From Amoebophrya sp. A120 (lineage: Eukaryota; Protista; Dinoflagellata): a DNA stretch of 64,000 nt. The notes beneath the pieces are model-generated. The model worked only from the letters and a program-made list of their open reading frames with translations, searched no databases and was not told where the DNA came from. The stretch covers positions 11,205,655-11,269,654 of the forward strand of contig CAJINV010000004.1 in assembly GCA_905178155.1 (NCBI GenBank), written 5' to 3'. Shown here in pieces: positions 1 through 13,330 of this stretch (positions within the stretch are counted from its first letter, which is position 1; the number at the start of each line of letters is the position of its first letter). Both the position numbers and the translations under genes were made by a program.

Positions 1-2409
1 GGGGGAAAGCCGACCCACTCCCCGCAGGCTGGTGGACTGGGCTCGACGCTGCTCTCGCGCCGCCGAAATGTAGTAGCCTTTTCCCGCCGTGTCCAGGATA
101 GAGGCACTCCACGGGGCGAGCAGCCACACCGCCGGCCGGGAGAGCATCCTGCACAGCAGTAAAAGCATCTGGTAGGAGAAGGTGGGTCCGCGTCGTTTCA
201 TTCTGTTGGTCGACAACTACGCAAATAAAGGACAAGCAAGAAATGAAACTGAAACTGATACAAATTGGTTTTACTTTTCAAGGAAAACTGTGTAAATTTT
301 GCTCTCATGGACTCATCACCCACCGTAGTACACGAGCGGGGGCTCGTGGATGAAGGTAGAAAGCATTAGCACATCAGGTGAAATCAAGAAAAAGTTGTTG
401 CGTCATTGTCTTGGGATGATGGTGAACGTGATAAAACAAATATGGGAAAATGTTAAAATAGAAAAGGACAAGCGGTGCTACTTTTTTCTAATAATCACCT
501 CCTACGAAGTGGTGCTTCGTGGAGCATCTAGTCCGGAACTAGAATCATCTTGGGAGAAATGACTCTCGCTCCGAGAACAGACGATGATTGGGGAAGATAT
601 AACTAGCAACCACCTGTCAGGCACAATCAGATGAAAATATTTTTGAAATAAATACGAACAGAAACTTCAAATCTGAATGAATCCTCGTCACGACGCACTG
701 CAAGCAAACACCGCTGGACGAGAAGAAATTTTCGTGCACGAGTTTGCTTCTTCTGACACTTTGCACGAAGAGAAAGTTGCTTGATGTACGAGCACGAGTC
801 CGAAATTCACATAAGCAATAGCTACGCTGGCACACAGAGAGGACGAAAGCAAAACAAGTCCGCCACTCAGTAAATAAATACGACCGATTTTTATATCATC
901 ACCATCCAAAGTTGAAGTTGTACGAAAACCGATGTTGCAAGACCTTTCCGATCCTCGTCCTTCTAGCCAATGTGCGACGCTGCATCAACGACGTGCTGGA
1001 AGACGAATACTACGAGTTTTGATACCATTCACAAAGAGTAAAAGTACGACCACCGATTGCCTTCACAGAGAGACGGAATTACGCGAATGAGGAACGTGAA
1101 AGCGACAAACCACAATGTCAATGCCCGAATTCGTGCATGTGTGATAGTGAGGTACTAGATGGAGACTCTCATTTGATAAGCAAGACCGCGAACTCACAAC
1201 AAGGCTGAAAAGCGAAAGGGACTCTTGCACAAACAGAACAAGAATTCCTTTTCCTTCCTCACAGCGCCTGTTATTACTTTTAAGTACTTTACGCAGCTTG
1301 AACCTGAACTTTTTCATAAAAACATATAAACAGTAACGGAAACAGTATCATTCGATGTGTTGAGAGCTTGTCTTGGCGGCAGACGGCTCCTCTTTCTCGG
1401 ACAGGACTGCTAGACGCTTCCACGACCACCTGCTACACAGATACTCAATAAACAAGGTGGTGTTGTGGTGCGTGTATCGATTTGTGTCAATATCGCCCCA
1501 CGTAGCAGTCTTCATCAGCTTGAGATGTTCCAAGCTGCGCACTAATGCGATTTAGATTTTAATGGGCACTTCATGTGATCGCGGTGCTCCAGGCTTCGGC
1601 TTGGTGATCACGACCATTGGTGTGAAAGCTGTAGAAGTTTCAGCTTCAAACAACACCACTTCGACTCCCTCGGCGCAGTAGCATATTACACAGGGGGGCT
1701 GTTTGAACCATTTTGACGTAGCAACACAAAGAAATTGAAGTAAGTATGCTCATTTCACCTCGTCGGGTATAGATGTGGAGGATCCGAAGCAGGCGGAGCT
1801 GGATAAGGATTGAGGCTAACCAGGAAAGCTGTACTTATGACTCGCCCTTGCTGCATCATCCACAATGGTCTTGCAAGAGATCGCAATCGCAAAGTCAACG
1901 CGCGGCGCATGTCTTAAAAAGTCGAGCAGGATGTACTACACATCATGTACGAACCTAGTACGAGAGTGGTCAACTACAAGCGGGCTGTTTGTTAAGATAG
2001 TATTCGAGCCTGGCGGCTTGCAAGTGCCGTGAAAGAAAACCCATACTTTGCTTTTTTTTACCCGAACCCACGGTGCATTTTACATTTCACATTGATGTAG
2101 CTTTGGATCTGATTATTTCCTGCCAGTACGTACTCATCGAACTGTAAGTTCCTCCTTCTAGCTCCGTCAGAAACTACGGGCTTAGCCTCAGGAGAGTAAT
2201 AGGAATCTATTTTATGATAATGTTGAAAAATGATCGTGTTTAGTTTATACTCAAGTTCCGGTTCAACTTCTGTAGCTTCGTAGCTAGTAAGGTGGTAGTA
2301 AGTATTAAGTAGAATATTACAGCGGCCTGATTGCACAAGATGCCTGAGGCAGTGTGATGTGGAACCACGCCCCGTCTTCTATTTCATGCAGCAGTTGTAC
2401 TAAATTTCT

Positions 2410-5400
2410 TTACCGCATTCTGACCGGTTCGGGGCACAGGCGGAGCGGCGACATGGGGCGGAGTGGCTGCAAAGTCATTTGCATGGCGGCAATCGGGGAT
2501 GGCGACCGGTACTGGCCTCGCCAGGGATTGGGGTTCGCCGCGGACAACCGTCCGTTCATAGCAGCACCGGATGAGGCAGCTGGTCCTGTCGCTCCTGGTT
2601 GGTGGTTTCCGCCAGCTCCAGCATTGCGGCCGCCCCCCGACCGTCCGCGCGCAGGGGGCTCTTGCTGCTGCGGTTCGCCGAGTTTCTGCGGCTGCAGGTT
2701 GGTGCGGAGCGTGGCGCCGGGCGTGCTTGATGTGTTCGGAAACATCATAGTACTGGGGTGCACAAACCCACCTGGTGCTCCCGGGTTCTTGCTTGTCGTC
2801 GCGGTGTGATCTTTGAAAAAAGTCGTGGGCGACAGGTAGCCCGGCGTGAAGCTGTGTTGCTGGTTGTACATCAACCGGGACTTGCTCGCCGTCGGCTGCG
2901 CGGCAACGGAGCTCGCTACAGACGCCGGCTGAGTAGTATTGGCGGGAACAGCTCCGAAATTGGTCGATGTTGCCATTTTCGCAGCAACTTCTGTCCCCGC
3001 TGCGGCCGGAGCTGTAGCAGAGTTTGTTGTACCTCGTGCGCCATGCTGAGCTGTCATGTTGTTGTCAACTTCTACACTTTGTTCTGCAATGAGCAGCTTC
3101 CCAGTGAACTCTGCCGCCAAAATTGCGGTCGGCCCGAAGCTGGTGGCCGCGTGGTTGTCATCGAGGTTTGTTTGGTTTTCCAAGCTCGATAAAACCTCCA
3201 CTTTGTACTGCTTCTTTTCCGTCACGGTCGCAGTTTTGTCCATAACGCGCGTTGCTGCGTGCACCGAATCCGTGACGGTATCGTCCGTGGAAATCACCTC
3301 CGAGACTTGAAAAACTAAGTGCTGCGCGACTGCATATGCGATGGAAAATCTTCAACACTCAGAATGAATCTGAACTTCGAATTGCATTACGCCCGCCGCC
3401 AGCCGGGGGCTGCGCCAAAACATTCGAAAAAGTAAAAGTCATACAAGCTGTATGAAATGCAAAACTGGACCTAGTAGTTTTCATCCTATGCGCGATGTGC
3501 AATTGCGGGCGTTGAAGTATAGATTTTCAGATTTCATCTAGGATACCGAAAGCGCTTCCCTCAGACCCTGCGCATGTAGGTCCTCAATCCAGGCAGAAAC
3601 GATGCGCGCCGCGGTGTCCGTGCTCCAAATAATCATGCTGATGTGCTCGGCTTCCTGTACTATTCTGTTCTTGCTGGTCGTCAGTCGGGGCAGCGAAACA
3701 CGCACCTCGATCTCGCGGGCTCCCTGCTTGGGATGAATGGTAGGTGGGGGTTGATGTTGCTGTTGTTGCGAGGCCGCAGGTTGTGGAGCAGAAACAGGTG
3801 GCGGCACGGCCACTCCACTACTTGAAGATGCAGCGGCTTGCTGTTGGTCAGCAATCGTTGTACTAGTGCCCGCGGCCAGAAGTGACGACGAAGCGTTAGT
3901 GGCACCACCCGGTACTACTACTTGCTGGGCCGCTGTCCTCTGCGACTGAAGCTGTTGTAGACCAGTACCAGAAGCTCCCCCGCGACCGACGAGCGCTCTG
4001 GCTTGCAATCCCATGTGCGGCGACGCGAGGTGGAGCTTCTGCGGTGACGGGCGCAGGTAGCTGTTCGAGTTTTTTCTGCTAAGTTGGTTCCTTTGCGTAT
4101 GATGTTGCGACTGCAGATAATAGTTCGTTGTACCAGACGATGAAGCGGCAGCGGCTTCCCTGGGGGGTGCTGCTCCTCCTGCACCGGTCGTGTAGTTACT
4201 CTCTTCGGGCAAAACCGTCGTGGTTGAAGTCGCGGGCAGCTGTTCTACTTGATGTTGAGGCCCTGCTCCGCTAGCCGCACCACGGTACCCAGCGACGGGC
4301 GTCTGCCAGGAATATGAACTGCAAAAGTATCGTACTCGTATAAATGCATTACAAATTTCCTCAGCTTGAGAGAGAAAATTTGTAATGCGGATTTGCCTTA
4401 AAATAGAAATTTGTAATGCATGATTGCAATACGAGTACGATACTTTTGCACAGGATAAGGAAAGCAGAGAGACCAGGTTCCCGCCGGAGGTCCCGGATCT
4501 ATGGATTGCAAATATGTCTGGGTCTGGAAGGTTGGAACTTGTAATGCTAGCTTTCCATACCTAGGAAATATGTATTGCGCAACCAACAAAAGGCGCAGCA
4601 TCTTTTGTCAATGCAAACATGCAGTCTCTCATGCAGATTGCTTATGAGAGAAAGCGTTCTGGAAAGTTGTCATGCTAGATTGCATTCGGAACTGTTTTCA
4701 TCTTGCACATTTTAGCATCACAACTTTCCAGACCCAGACAACATTTTTACATTTGATAGGATCGGGTCCTGGACAACGACGGAGCGCGGATCTGGAAGCC
4801 GGAGTTTACCGCTCGGCCCCGGGTCGCATAGTTCGGCCCTCCTGTACTACTACCGGATGTTTGTGCTGCATTCATCGTGCTGATCCCTCCGCCTGACAGC
4901 AACGCTGGCTGCCCTAAGGTGGTCGCCACTGACTGCATGGAGAACGGACGACGCTGCTGAGACGAGAGACTCCTTATCTGGCTGGTGTTCGAGTTCGTAA
5001 GAGGAGCTGCCCCAGAACTAGTAGTGCCTCCTCCAGCTCCTGCCTGCTGCATCCCTCCCGTACCAGAGCGCGACGACGAGGCCGTGCTAGTACCGGACCA
5101 GAAGCCGGCAGCGGCCGCTGCGGTAGAACTAGGTGGTCCTGGCTCCGCGGCTTTGATGTTGCTCCCCCGCTGCAGATGCTGGTTCGCCGACGTCTCTGTA
5201 TACTTCTCTCCTACCGTGTTGATGTTGTGGGCTGCACTGCTAGAGCTGCTACTACTAGAAGCGGAGCCGGACCCATGATTTGGTGCTGCTGTTATTTTCG
5301 CGGTGCTGGAGCCTGTGGTCGCGCCAGCGCCACCGCCAGACGAAGATTGAGATTGATGATGGTACTGGGCCTTCCCGGTAACTTTATCTTCAATGATTAG

Positions 5401-7258
5401 TTGCGTCACATCCATTCCGCTGGGTGAAGAGGACACTTGTTGCGGCTTGTTGTTTGCCACCCCACCTGCAGCCGCAGCTCCCAGAAGTTGAGCAGCTGAC
5501 GCATCGTTGGCATTATTGATTTCCCGACCCGCGGCAACAACGTTTTGTTGCGAAGCCGCAGGCGCCGGCGCCCGCACAGGGACCGAAGCGGGTTGCTGGT
5601 GCGACAGTTGTACCATTGACATAGTGTGGTCCCCAGCTGCCCCACCGGCCGTACTGGTACTAAAGGTCTGACCCGGAGCAGGTGGTCCTTGTGACTGTAT
5701 TTGCGATTGCGACAAGGGTGGCGCGGGTTCCACCTGCAAGAGGCCGCTCCGGGTGCTCGGGAGCCGCTCGGCCGGGCTTTTGTCGTGCATGCTCTTCTTG
5801 ATTCCACCCTGAGTTGTCGTTGCGGAATGGTTGGGTGGAGCGACAACAGTTGTCGCACTCGTACTGGACGTCGTGCCTTGTAGGCCGGAGTTCCCCCGGG
5901 TGGGCACCCGAACGCTGGTAGACGTGAAGGTTGGTGCGTCGACCGCGGCCCCGGACCCTCCTGCTCCGCGCGGAGCCTAGTAAATAAGCAGGATTAGAAA
6001 TTGAATCAATTGTGGATCAGACGTAGAAGTCCAGGGCACACTTCTGCAGGCCAGGGCACGAGAGTGCTATCCGAGTTTGTGCTCTGACCTTGAAACACAG
6101 AAAAACCCGCACAGCATCATCTTAGGCGGGGGCTTTGCAGAACTATGATCCCAGGTCTCGAAGCGGCGAAAATCCTAGGGGCGCACTTCTTTATCTCCCC
6201 GACGTCGGATGATTTTGCGCGAGGTCTTCAGACCTGTCGCCGGCCAGAGCACAAATCCGACGTGGGGGCCTTGCCGAAATGTGCTCCCAGGATTTCCGGC
6301 AAACCTTGGGAACGCATTTCCGAAAGGCTAGAGTGTGGCAGCTGCTGGGCGACCCCTTATATTGAAGGCGCGTTGCTTTTAAAGACCTGGCGCTGAACAC
6401 GAATTGCTTGCAATATACTAGCACAACAAACAAAATACTTACTATGCCAAGGCATTGCAAGTAATTCGCTTCCAATAGCAGGGCACTTCAAAGCAACTCG
6501 CTTTCAACGAGCAGGAGCGCAAGGCCCACTCCTGGCAGCCCGGCAGGAGAAGCGCGGCAGCCCCGCCGAAGACGGCTGCCCATTCTCCCCCAAGCTCGCG
6601 CGCTGGCTGCTTCCCAGCCACATTTTTCATGGCCTTCGGCCATTCCAAGCGACTGCGAGAGTTTGCAAGCTAAACCCCCCTCGCGGTTTGTTTCCATTTT
6701 TTTCAAACCTAAGCTTTCGGGAACAAGGGTAGGAACTAATTTCTGTAAGCCTTAAAAATAAGCAGGATTAGAAATTGAATGAATTGTGGATCAGACGTAG
6801 AAGTCCAAATCATCTTCACGATATGGTCGTTGCTTCTGTTTGTGATCTCAATGACCTTAGTATGCAAGGGAACGAAGGTCCACCGTTACTTATATTGTAC
6901 TTGTACGGAATTATGTGCTAGAACCATAAAAATCTGAAGTAACCGTATTTATTAACTCGAGTTTTTCTACCGTAGATCCCAGACCGGTAGGAGCTCCTAG
7001 TGATTTTCGCTCTGGCTGGTCCTGGTGCAGCAATTGCGTCTTTCCGATCGAAGCGGGCTCTCTACTCTTCACGGCCGACATACAGGCTTTGTAGTTTCCA
7101 AACTGCGCCGGGGGCGGTGCGGCGGGCGAGATAAAGCCCAAAGTCGGCATCGGGGAGAAGGAGCTGAGTGGATAGTTTTCTTCTACAACTCGAACTCCTG
7201 CTACTCCAGGGCATCGATCTAGGATTTTTGCTATTCCACGCGCCCTAAGGTAGTTCAT
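2410..7258 (-). CDS. Multi-exon low-complexity (Ser/Gly/Ala/Gln-rich) hypothetical protein
   Basis: Exon 7258-6971 joins 5976 in frame through a GT-AG intron (6970-5977). Removing the elements at 4500-4758 and 4313-4457 joins ORFs 4747-5907 and 3538-4212 in frame (...RTRSGTSGGNLVSLLSWQTPVAG...). The link to ORF 2410-3297 is unresolved. Confidence 0.55.
4313..4457. mobile_element. Introner-like TIR element, family B (145 bp), TSD aggaa
   Basis: tatgaactgcaaaagtatcgtactcgta...tacgagtacgatacttttgcacaggata; aggaa at 4308-4312 and 4458-4462; excision restores frame. Confidence 0.92.
4500..4758. mobile_element. Introner-like TIR element, family A (259 bp), TSD ggatc
   Basis: TIR core tgtctgggtctggaa / ttccagacccagaca; TAT...ATA ends; ggatc on both sides; excision restores frame. 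Confidence 0.92.
5982..6807. repeat. 52-bp direct repeat (5982-6033, 6756-6807) flanking a ~720-bp insert inside a canonical intron
   Basis: aaataagcaggattagaaattgaat(c/g)aattgtggatcagacgtagaagtcca present twice with one mismatch. Confidence 0.85.
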
Positions 7259-7539
7259 CTAGTTCATCTTAAAAGAGCACCGAGAACCGAAGAAGAAGCT
7301 CAAGTTCTGGATACGTTGCTTGCTGGCTACAATTAACAATGAATATCGCTGAAGTGTTCTCTCACCGTTTTGCCCAGTTCGACGGTAAAGGAGAGGGCGA
7401 GCGGAGTCGCTGTCCAAATGGACTCTGAAACCTCGGGGACGGAATCACTTGTGGCATCGGCGAGCGCGTGCGAAACCTGGTGTGACAATGCATCCTTATT
7501 ACAACTCGGAGGTACTAATACTATGGTCATTTTACAAAC

Positions 7540-9603
7540 TCAAGCGTTGTTAATAGGGATGATAGCTCGGCCCTGGGCAGCGTCCTCAACATTTTGATTT
7601 CTCACCAGCAGCACCACAATAAATAAGTACTGACTATACATGCTGCTCGAGCTCGAGCCGCCGGCGGTGGTTGCCGCTGCGGCGCCGGTTGTAGATTGGC
7701 TCGCGCCTCCGGCGCCGCGAAGCATGTTCGCTTTCCGTATTTCCGGGCGGAACAGAAAATGCCCTGCGGAGCTGCTGGTTTGAAACGCGTCTAAGTGATC
7801 CGCGTTTCGGACCCGGGGGTAGTTTGCCTGCTTCCGCTCAATCGTGTCCAATTCCGACACCGTCAGTTGTCTCGGCACAGCCTCCCCCGCGAGCCAGGGG
7901 TGCTTCAAGGAGTCGTGCACGGAGATGCGTTTGCTGGGCTCGATCTTCATCAGTTGCACGATAAAGTCGAGGCACATCGGCGACAGCTTTTGGTCAATCT
8001 GGTTCTTCTATCCTGTGCAAAAGTATCGCACTCGTACTGATTGCAGATATGCATAACAAATCCAACTCTCTACCTGAAATAGCATGACAAATTGCATTTT
8101 TGTTTTTGGGAAAATTTGTATATGCAATTTATACTAGTACGATACTTTTGCAGCGGATATCTTCCGCCGAAACAAACCCTCCAGATCGCCCCGGCGAAAA
8201 TACTGCCAGTACTCCTGGTCGCGCTGGGCGCTGTCGGCCGAGAGGAACAGGGGCAAAGCGGAGAGGAGGTAGAAAGTACCTGATTTTATTTCGCACAGTT
8301 CTGTATTGTTCAATTACTTCGTCATCTATCGACGAAAGACTCCCTACTAGATGAGTAGATGCCATCAAAGTAGATAAAACGGAAATCGAAATTCTTATGG
8401 AAACAGCAGTCCAATAAACAAGAGGAATCTTCTTGTACTCCAGCCTAGGCACCAGGAATCCACTTTCGTCGCGAGATAGGGTCTTTTCTCCGACAGTTCC
8501 GGCGGCCGGAAGCTTTTGCCGACCAAGCCCTTGTAGGGTACAGTTTTTTCCTCCTGTGTCTTTTCGTCAAGCGCAAATTCCACCGCTTGTCCGGGGTCGC
8601 AAATCTTTATGCGGACCGTGTCACCGTACACAAAGATGAGCAAGTTCTCCAGCGAAACGTCCTGCATGGCCATTTTCTGGTCGTGCAGCGCCGCAAGGCC
8701 CAATGCAGCCTGCCGCATCAGAAACCTTGGGAGGAAGGTGTTACATCACGGTGTTTCCTTTTTGTCCAAGAAATCACATGATGATGATTCCAGTTTTCCG
8801 TCGTTCGCCACTAGCGAATTCGATTGTGTGCAACATGAACATCGATGGAACATTAATATGATATCAATATCAATATCCACCTCCTACCGGCATTGTTGCT
8901 CTGGGAAACCATCGGGCTTGGTCTTCAGCGCTTCCAGCAAATCTCCTTTTGCAGCTAGCTCGAACACAATGTAATGACAATACTCGTCCTCGAAGGCCTC
9001 GTGGACCTAAATTTCCATTTGAAGGTGCGCTTTTCAGTTTTGAGTATCTTCGCAGGCCCGGGTTCTATTGACTGCCCAGGTCGTGGTCGTTATTATCCAT
9101 CGTGCTAATGGTGATGCAAGTGCAAAACAAGTACACTTACATACATAAGTAACTTCAATACTCACCTCAACGATGTGCTCGTGCCCGCGCATCTGCTTTT
9201 CAAAGCGTATTTCTGACAGCGGCACCTCGCAGAAGTCCAAACTGGGTGGCGACTTGCTGAGCTCGCTTTTGTGCAGGACCTTGACGGCAAAGGAGCGGCC
9301 AGTTGTGCAACCTGCTTTGATATCATGGGTCGGTTGCACATGGTTTTAGCATATTGATCTTCATCTTGTATTCATCTGTGCAAAACAGTGACAGTCAGTA
9401 GACCTGACAGCACTTCATCATTCATCATAAATTGTCAATCAGTACGCACCTTTCGCTTCATAAACGCCTCCGAACAGCGCGGCTTGCAGCGACCGAATGA
9501 GCTGATAAGTTTCTTTGGCGCCATAGATGTCAGGGCCGACCACTTTTTGGTCCTGCTTCGGCGGTGCATTTTGCTGACTTGTTTCGGGCGGTCCGGCTGC
9601 CAT
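7540..9603 (-). CDS. Ser/Thr protein kinase (CAMK-like fold) with atypical motifs
   Basis: Joined exons give LQAALFGGVY, FAVKVL, HEHIVEVHEAFEDE..IVFELAAKGDL, MQDVSLEN, KICDPGQ, FRPPE, KVDSWCLG, KRISVHDSLKHPW. Four GT-AG introns plus the element at 8009-8159. The 3' end is uncertain. Confidence 0.9.
8009..8159. mobile_element. Introner-like TIR element, family B (151 bp), TSD tcttc, opposite orientation to the other B copies
   Basis: tatcctgtgcaaaagtatcg...cgatacttttgcagcggata; excision gives ...FRRKNQIDQKLSPMC in frame. Confidence 0.92.
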
Positions 9604-10871
9604 GATGCTGCGCGGCGAGGACAAGTCCGTGGGAAGATGCGGTGGCGGCCAGAGAACGGAATCGGTGGCAGTTGACGAGGGTGTGGTACTTCTATCGGGC
9701 GCCTAATTGTGCTTTAGAATAAAAACAGGAGGTCGTTGGATTATTAAACGAAACGAAAATTGTCTGCCGGCGAAATGGAAACACACAGGGAAGGACACGC
9801 CACAAACTCAAGAAACGGAAACAAGTTACTTATAACGGAATCGGAAAAATGTCTTTAATTGCAATTTGTTCGGAAAGGCACACAGACGTGGTCAGGGGAT
9901 GCTCTGTCGCTTGCAATACCTCGGCAAATACTTTAACGTATACGCATGTAGTTGTGCGTCCCGCCCTACAACGCCTCAGTGTCTTCCCGCCCCGCCTTAA
10001 AAAACAATCAACTCTCTCATAATTCTGCTTCTTTTTGCTCTCGAATAAAGAAGGTGTAGTGCGTGGTCCAGTCATCTCATGATCTTCACACTACGAAAAT
10101 CGTGCTCTCTGAGGCAATTATCCACGTTCAAAGCCATTAATTAAACCCATGGCCCAGTTTGAAAAAGACAGTACCCTACCACCCAGCAGGGCGGGATTGT
10201 GCGCAGAATCAGCGAGCTGGTGCTGCTGCTCACACAAGTGTGAAAACGTCGAGCGCGGTTACTTAAACCAGATCATGCGTTGAAGTCGATGCCACGCTTT
10301 GACTGATTCGCAACACAACTTGTTGTTGATTTTTTTCAAGCAGTCCTGATCCTGAATACTATCTGCATACATGCTACTGCTTACATTAATACATTTCAAT
10401 TTGTTGCAGGACATTCTCGCGCTGCACATGTGTCCTCTGCTGCAACTTCCAACACAGCGGCACGATATTACGTAGAGGCAGGTCGTGAGATATGCTACTA
10501 GGGGTAGTCGTAGTAGGCGGACTGTACCTAAATACAACGATTGCTTACGCCGATACTAGATTGCTAAATACAAAAAGGACGAACCTCCCTTCAAAAAGGA
10601 AGTACCACTTGTTCGGAATTTCACTTTTTCATCAGAGCCAAAATTTAGAATTATCTTCCAAAAACTATGCATATGGAGATCAGCCTTTTGTTGATATGAC
10701 ACAGTCACAGTGAGAAAAATGATAACTTATGTAAAATGGTACTCAGTGCCTCGTGCAGGTGCAGCGCCAGCGTTCAATACATAGTGTGAGGACGTCGTTG
10801 TGTCATTTGTTTGACATAAGTATGCCGATGCGCCAGCAGCTTGCCCCCTTCCATTCTTTCTCTTTCACTGC

Positions 10872-11972
10872 TCACAAAACGCCCTTTTTGACCAGGTCCT
10901 TCTGCTTTGCGTTCAGTATCCAGGAAAAAAAGATTGTAGGCGTAACTTCTTTGGAGGAACAGCATTACAAATCTGTCTCGCATGAGAGCAAAATAATAAA
11001 CCTGTCATGCATAGATTGTACGTGAAAACGCGCTTGAATGGACGTTGCAATGCATGCTCTGCATGACAGCCGCAATTATTTTGCAGGTTTTGCATCACAA
11101 ATTTACACTAACAATGTTGTTTATTGGATATTCAGCTTCTTCACCCCATTAATCTTGTCCAGTTTGTTCACCTTTCCCGCCTTCAGTGCGGGTTTCAGCA
11201 ACTTGAAAACCTTTGCGGACAGCGAGAACCGTATCCCCCAGAAAAAGACCGACAGGTCATATTTGTAGTGCAAAAATAAATACACAGGAAAATCTGTCAT
11301 GGGCGAGGCCATAACATCCTGTTTAGGGCATGCAATACAGATTTTTTTGTCTATTTATTTTTGCATTACAAATATGACCTGTCGGTCTTTTTCTGGGGGA
11401 TAAACCGGCTGTTCCCCGTGTCCACAATGGCGCGCAATTCCCCTATGGGATTCTCAAACGTTACATTCTCAACTGTTACATCAATTTGTCATGCAAAGCT
11501 ACCTCAAGCCGCCAGATGCTCAAGCTGCTTCGCATGACAAATCTGCGAGGGGCTAGACAGCACCTAAATCTGTGCGGAACTTGTAATGCAAAAGGCGCAA
11601 ACTTCGCCCTTTCACTTTTGCCGTTCTTGCATTGCAAGTTCATGTAACAGTTGAGAATGTAACGTTTGAGAACGCCATATCCCCCACCTTCAGCTTCTGC
11701 TTGGTGGCCTTGCAGGCACCGGCCGAGCCCGACTACACTTCCTCGAACTCCAGCGACTTTTTCACGAAGCACTCGGGGTGCTGGTACGCCGTGACCAAGC
11801 GGCCCGCGACGAACGCCGGAACCCCGACCCGCATTGTGCCCTTCTTGATCGGCTTCCCGCAGCAGCGGCACGTGGACCGGTTGGTTTTTGCCTCTTCGAC
11901 CAAAACGGTCGGCCGGGCCTTCACCTCGGCGGAATAGATCACGTCGCCGTTGCCGTCAACGGGGAGAGACAT
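10872..11972 (-). CDS. PARP-type zinc-finger protein (one intact and one degenerate finger) with an internal in-frame TAG
   Basis: VEEAKTNRSTCRCCGKPIKKGTMRVG...HPECF, then EEV*SGSAGACKATKQKLKVGELRAIV...INGVKKLNAKQKDLVKKGVL* after removing three elements; TAG at 11733-11735. Confidence 0.75.
10917..11130. mobile_element. Introner-like TIR element, family F (214 bp), TSD ttcag
   Basis: tatccagg...ttattggata with imperfect TIR; ttcag on both sides; excision gives KKLNAKQKDL. Confidence 0.85.
11232..11402. mobile_element. Introner-like TIR element, family E (171 bp, long near-perfect hairpin), TSD aaccg
   Basis: tatcccccagaaaaagaccgacaggtcatatttgta...tacaaatatgacctgtcggtctttttctgggggata; excision gives NSRFSLSAK. 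Confidence 0.95.
11444..11679. mobile_element. Introner-like TIR element, family C (236 bp), TSD tcccc
   Basis: TIR built from tandem tctcaa-nn-gttacat units; excision gives KVGELRAIV. Confidence 0.93.
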
Positions 11973-13013
11973 CTTTTTGGCGCGATGTTTTTCGACTTGT
12001 GTCGTGGACGGAAAACGGATTACCAGATGAAATCCTGTATGTGTCGTTTGCGTAAAAAAACCTCCGGTGGTTGGAGCTCTTGTGAAAATAACAACCCCTC
12101 GTGGTGTCGACGATGAAGTAAACTGAGACTGGGTTCTTGCTGCAAAGCTCTGCGATACAAGACCGCTTTGCAAAGTTCGCGCGCGTTGTAAAACGTGATG
12201 AAAAATCTTGCCTATCAGAGATGGATCTAATAGCGCCGGGGGCTTGATACAAAGTCACTCCGTCGATTGGACGCCGGAGACGAGGCACTGACAACTGACT
12301 AGGTTTTCATTTTGCTTCTCGGGGACTAGTGTTAATTTCTTGTACAAAATGCAGCAGATTTATCGTAAGTTCAAGTTGCTTCTTCGAATATTCATATGCG
12401 ACTTGCAAGTGGACCGACTCCAACATTGATTTGCGCATCAGCGAGAAAAAAGACAAACCGATTATACTCGGCACTACTTCCGTCACTCTGACTCTACTTC
12501 ACAACCGATTTTCAATTCGATGAATACCAGCCTCTGCGCAACGTGAGGCGAGATCTTCTGTCCTAGTGATAGTCGGCGAGCTCTTACCATGTACGTTAGT
12601 TAGACTGTCATAAAATATGATCTGTGAACAGCGTCCAGGACCGATCAAGAAATCTTGAAAGAAAGGTAGGAGCTCCTCCGAGTGACAAAACACGTTCTAA
12701 CTCTAAGTAGCAACATGTTGCGTAGATTAAAGAAAAACTTTTCATCTTTTAATTACAAAAACCATCAATATGCTGTTCTCTTTTTCTTTCTTCCTTCGCT
12801 GTTCAAGAACTGCACTGCGTTGTGTTGGACCCACCATATGAACACGCGAAGGAATTCATAACTCGGCCAGTTTGCGTTGATTGATATTCCCCGAAAGACT
12901 GAGACTGTCGACAGTTTCAGAAAATGTTCAAAATTGTTCCATTCGAAATTTTCATTTCCTCGTGCGTTCTCGTGGTTGCTTCTCGAAAAAACATTTTCTC
13001 GCAGAAAAAACAG

Positions 13014-13330
13014 ACAGATTGTTTTTCAGCTTCAAAATTTCAGTGTGGCAACACACCGCTATACTTTTCAAAAATAGAAAAATAAAAATTAGTGTGCACT
13101 CAACACGCTAGTCTTTCGTTTCAGAATTTGTATACATGATCATGGTCGACTTTAGAGCTATGTAGTTTTGGATGCTGTTTCGAACCGTAAAATTGTACAT
13201 GTGTATTTGAGATCGATGCTGTTACTATGAGAGACCTTTCATGCACATGCTGTGAAAGGACGCACACTGGAATAACGTCGGTAGAAAACAGATTGTTTTT
13301 CAGCTTCACAAGTTCAGTGTGGCAACACAC
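13014..13330. repeat. 43-bp direct repeat (13014-13056, 13288-13330)
   Basis: acagattgtttttcagcttca(a/c)aa(t/g)ttcagtgtggcaacacac twice. Confidence 0.8.

Noticed and set aside
1-2340. Short ORFs at the window start (also the ORF at 53498-53788)
   Set aside because: No consistent exon chain or motif could be built, so they are left unannotated
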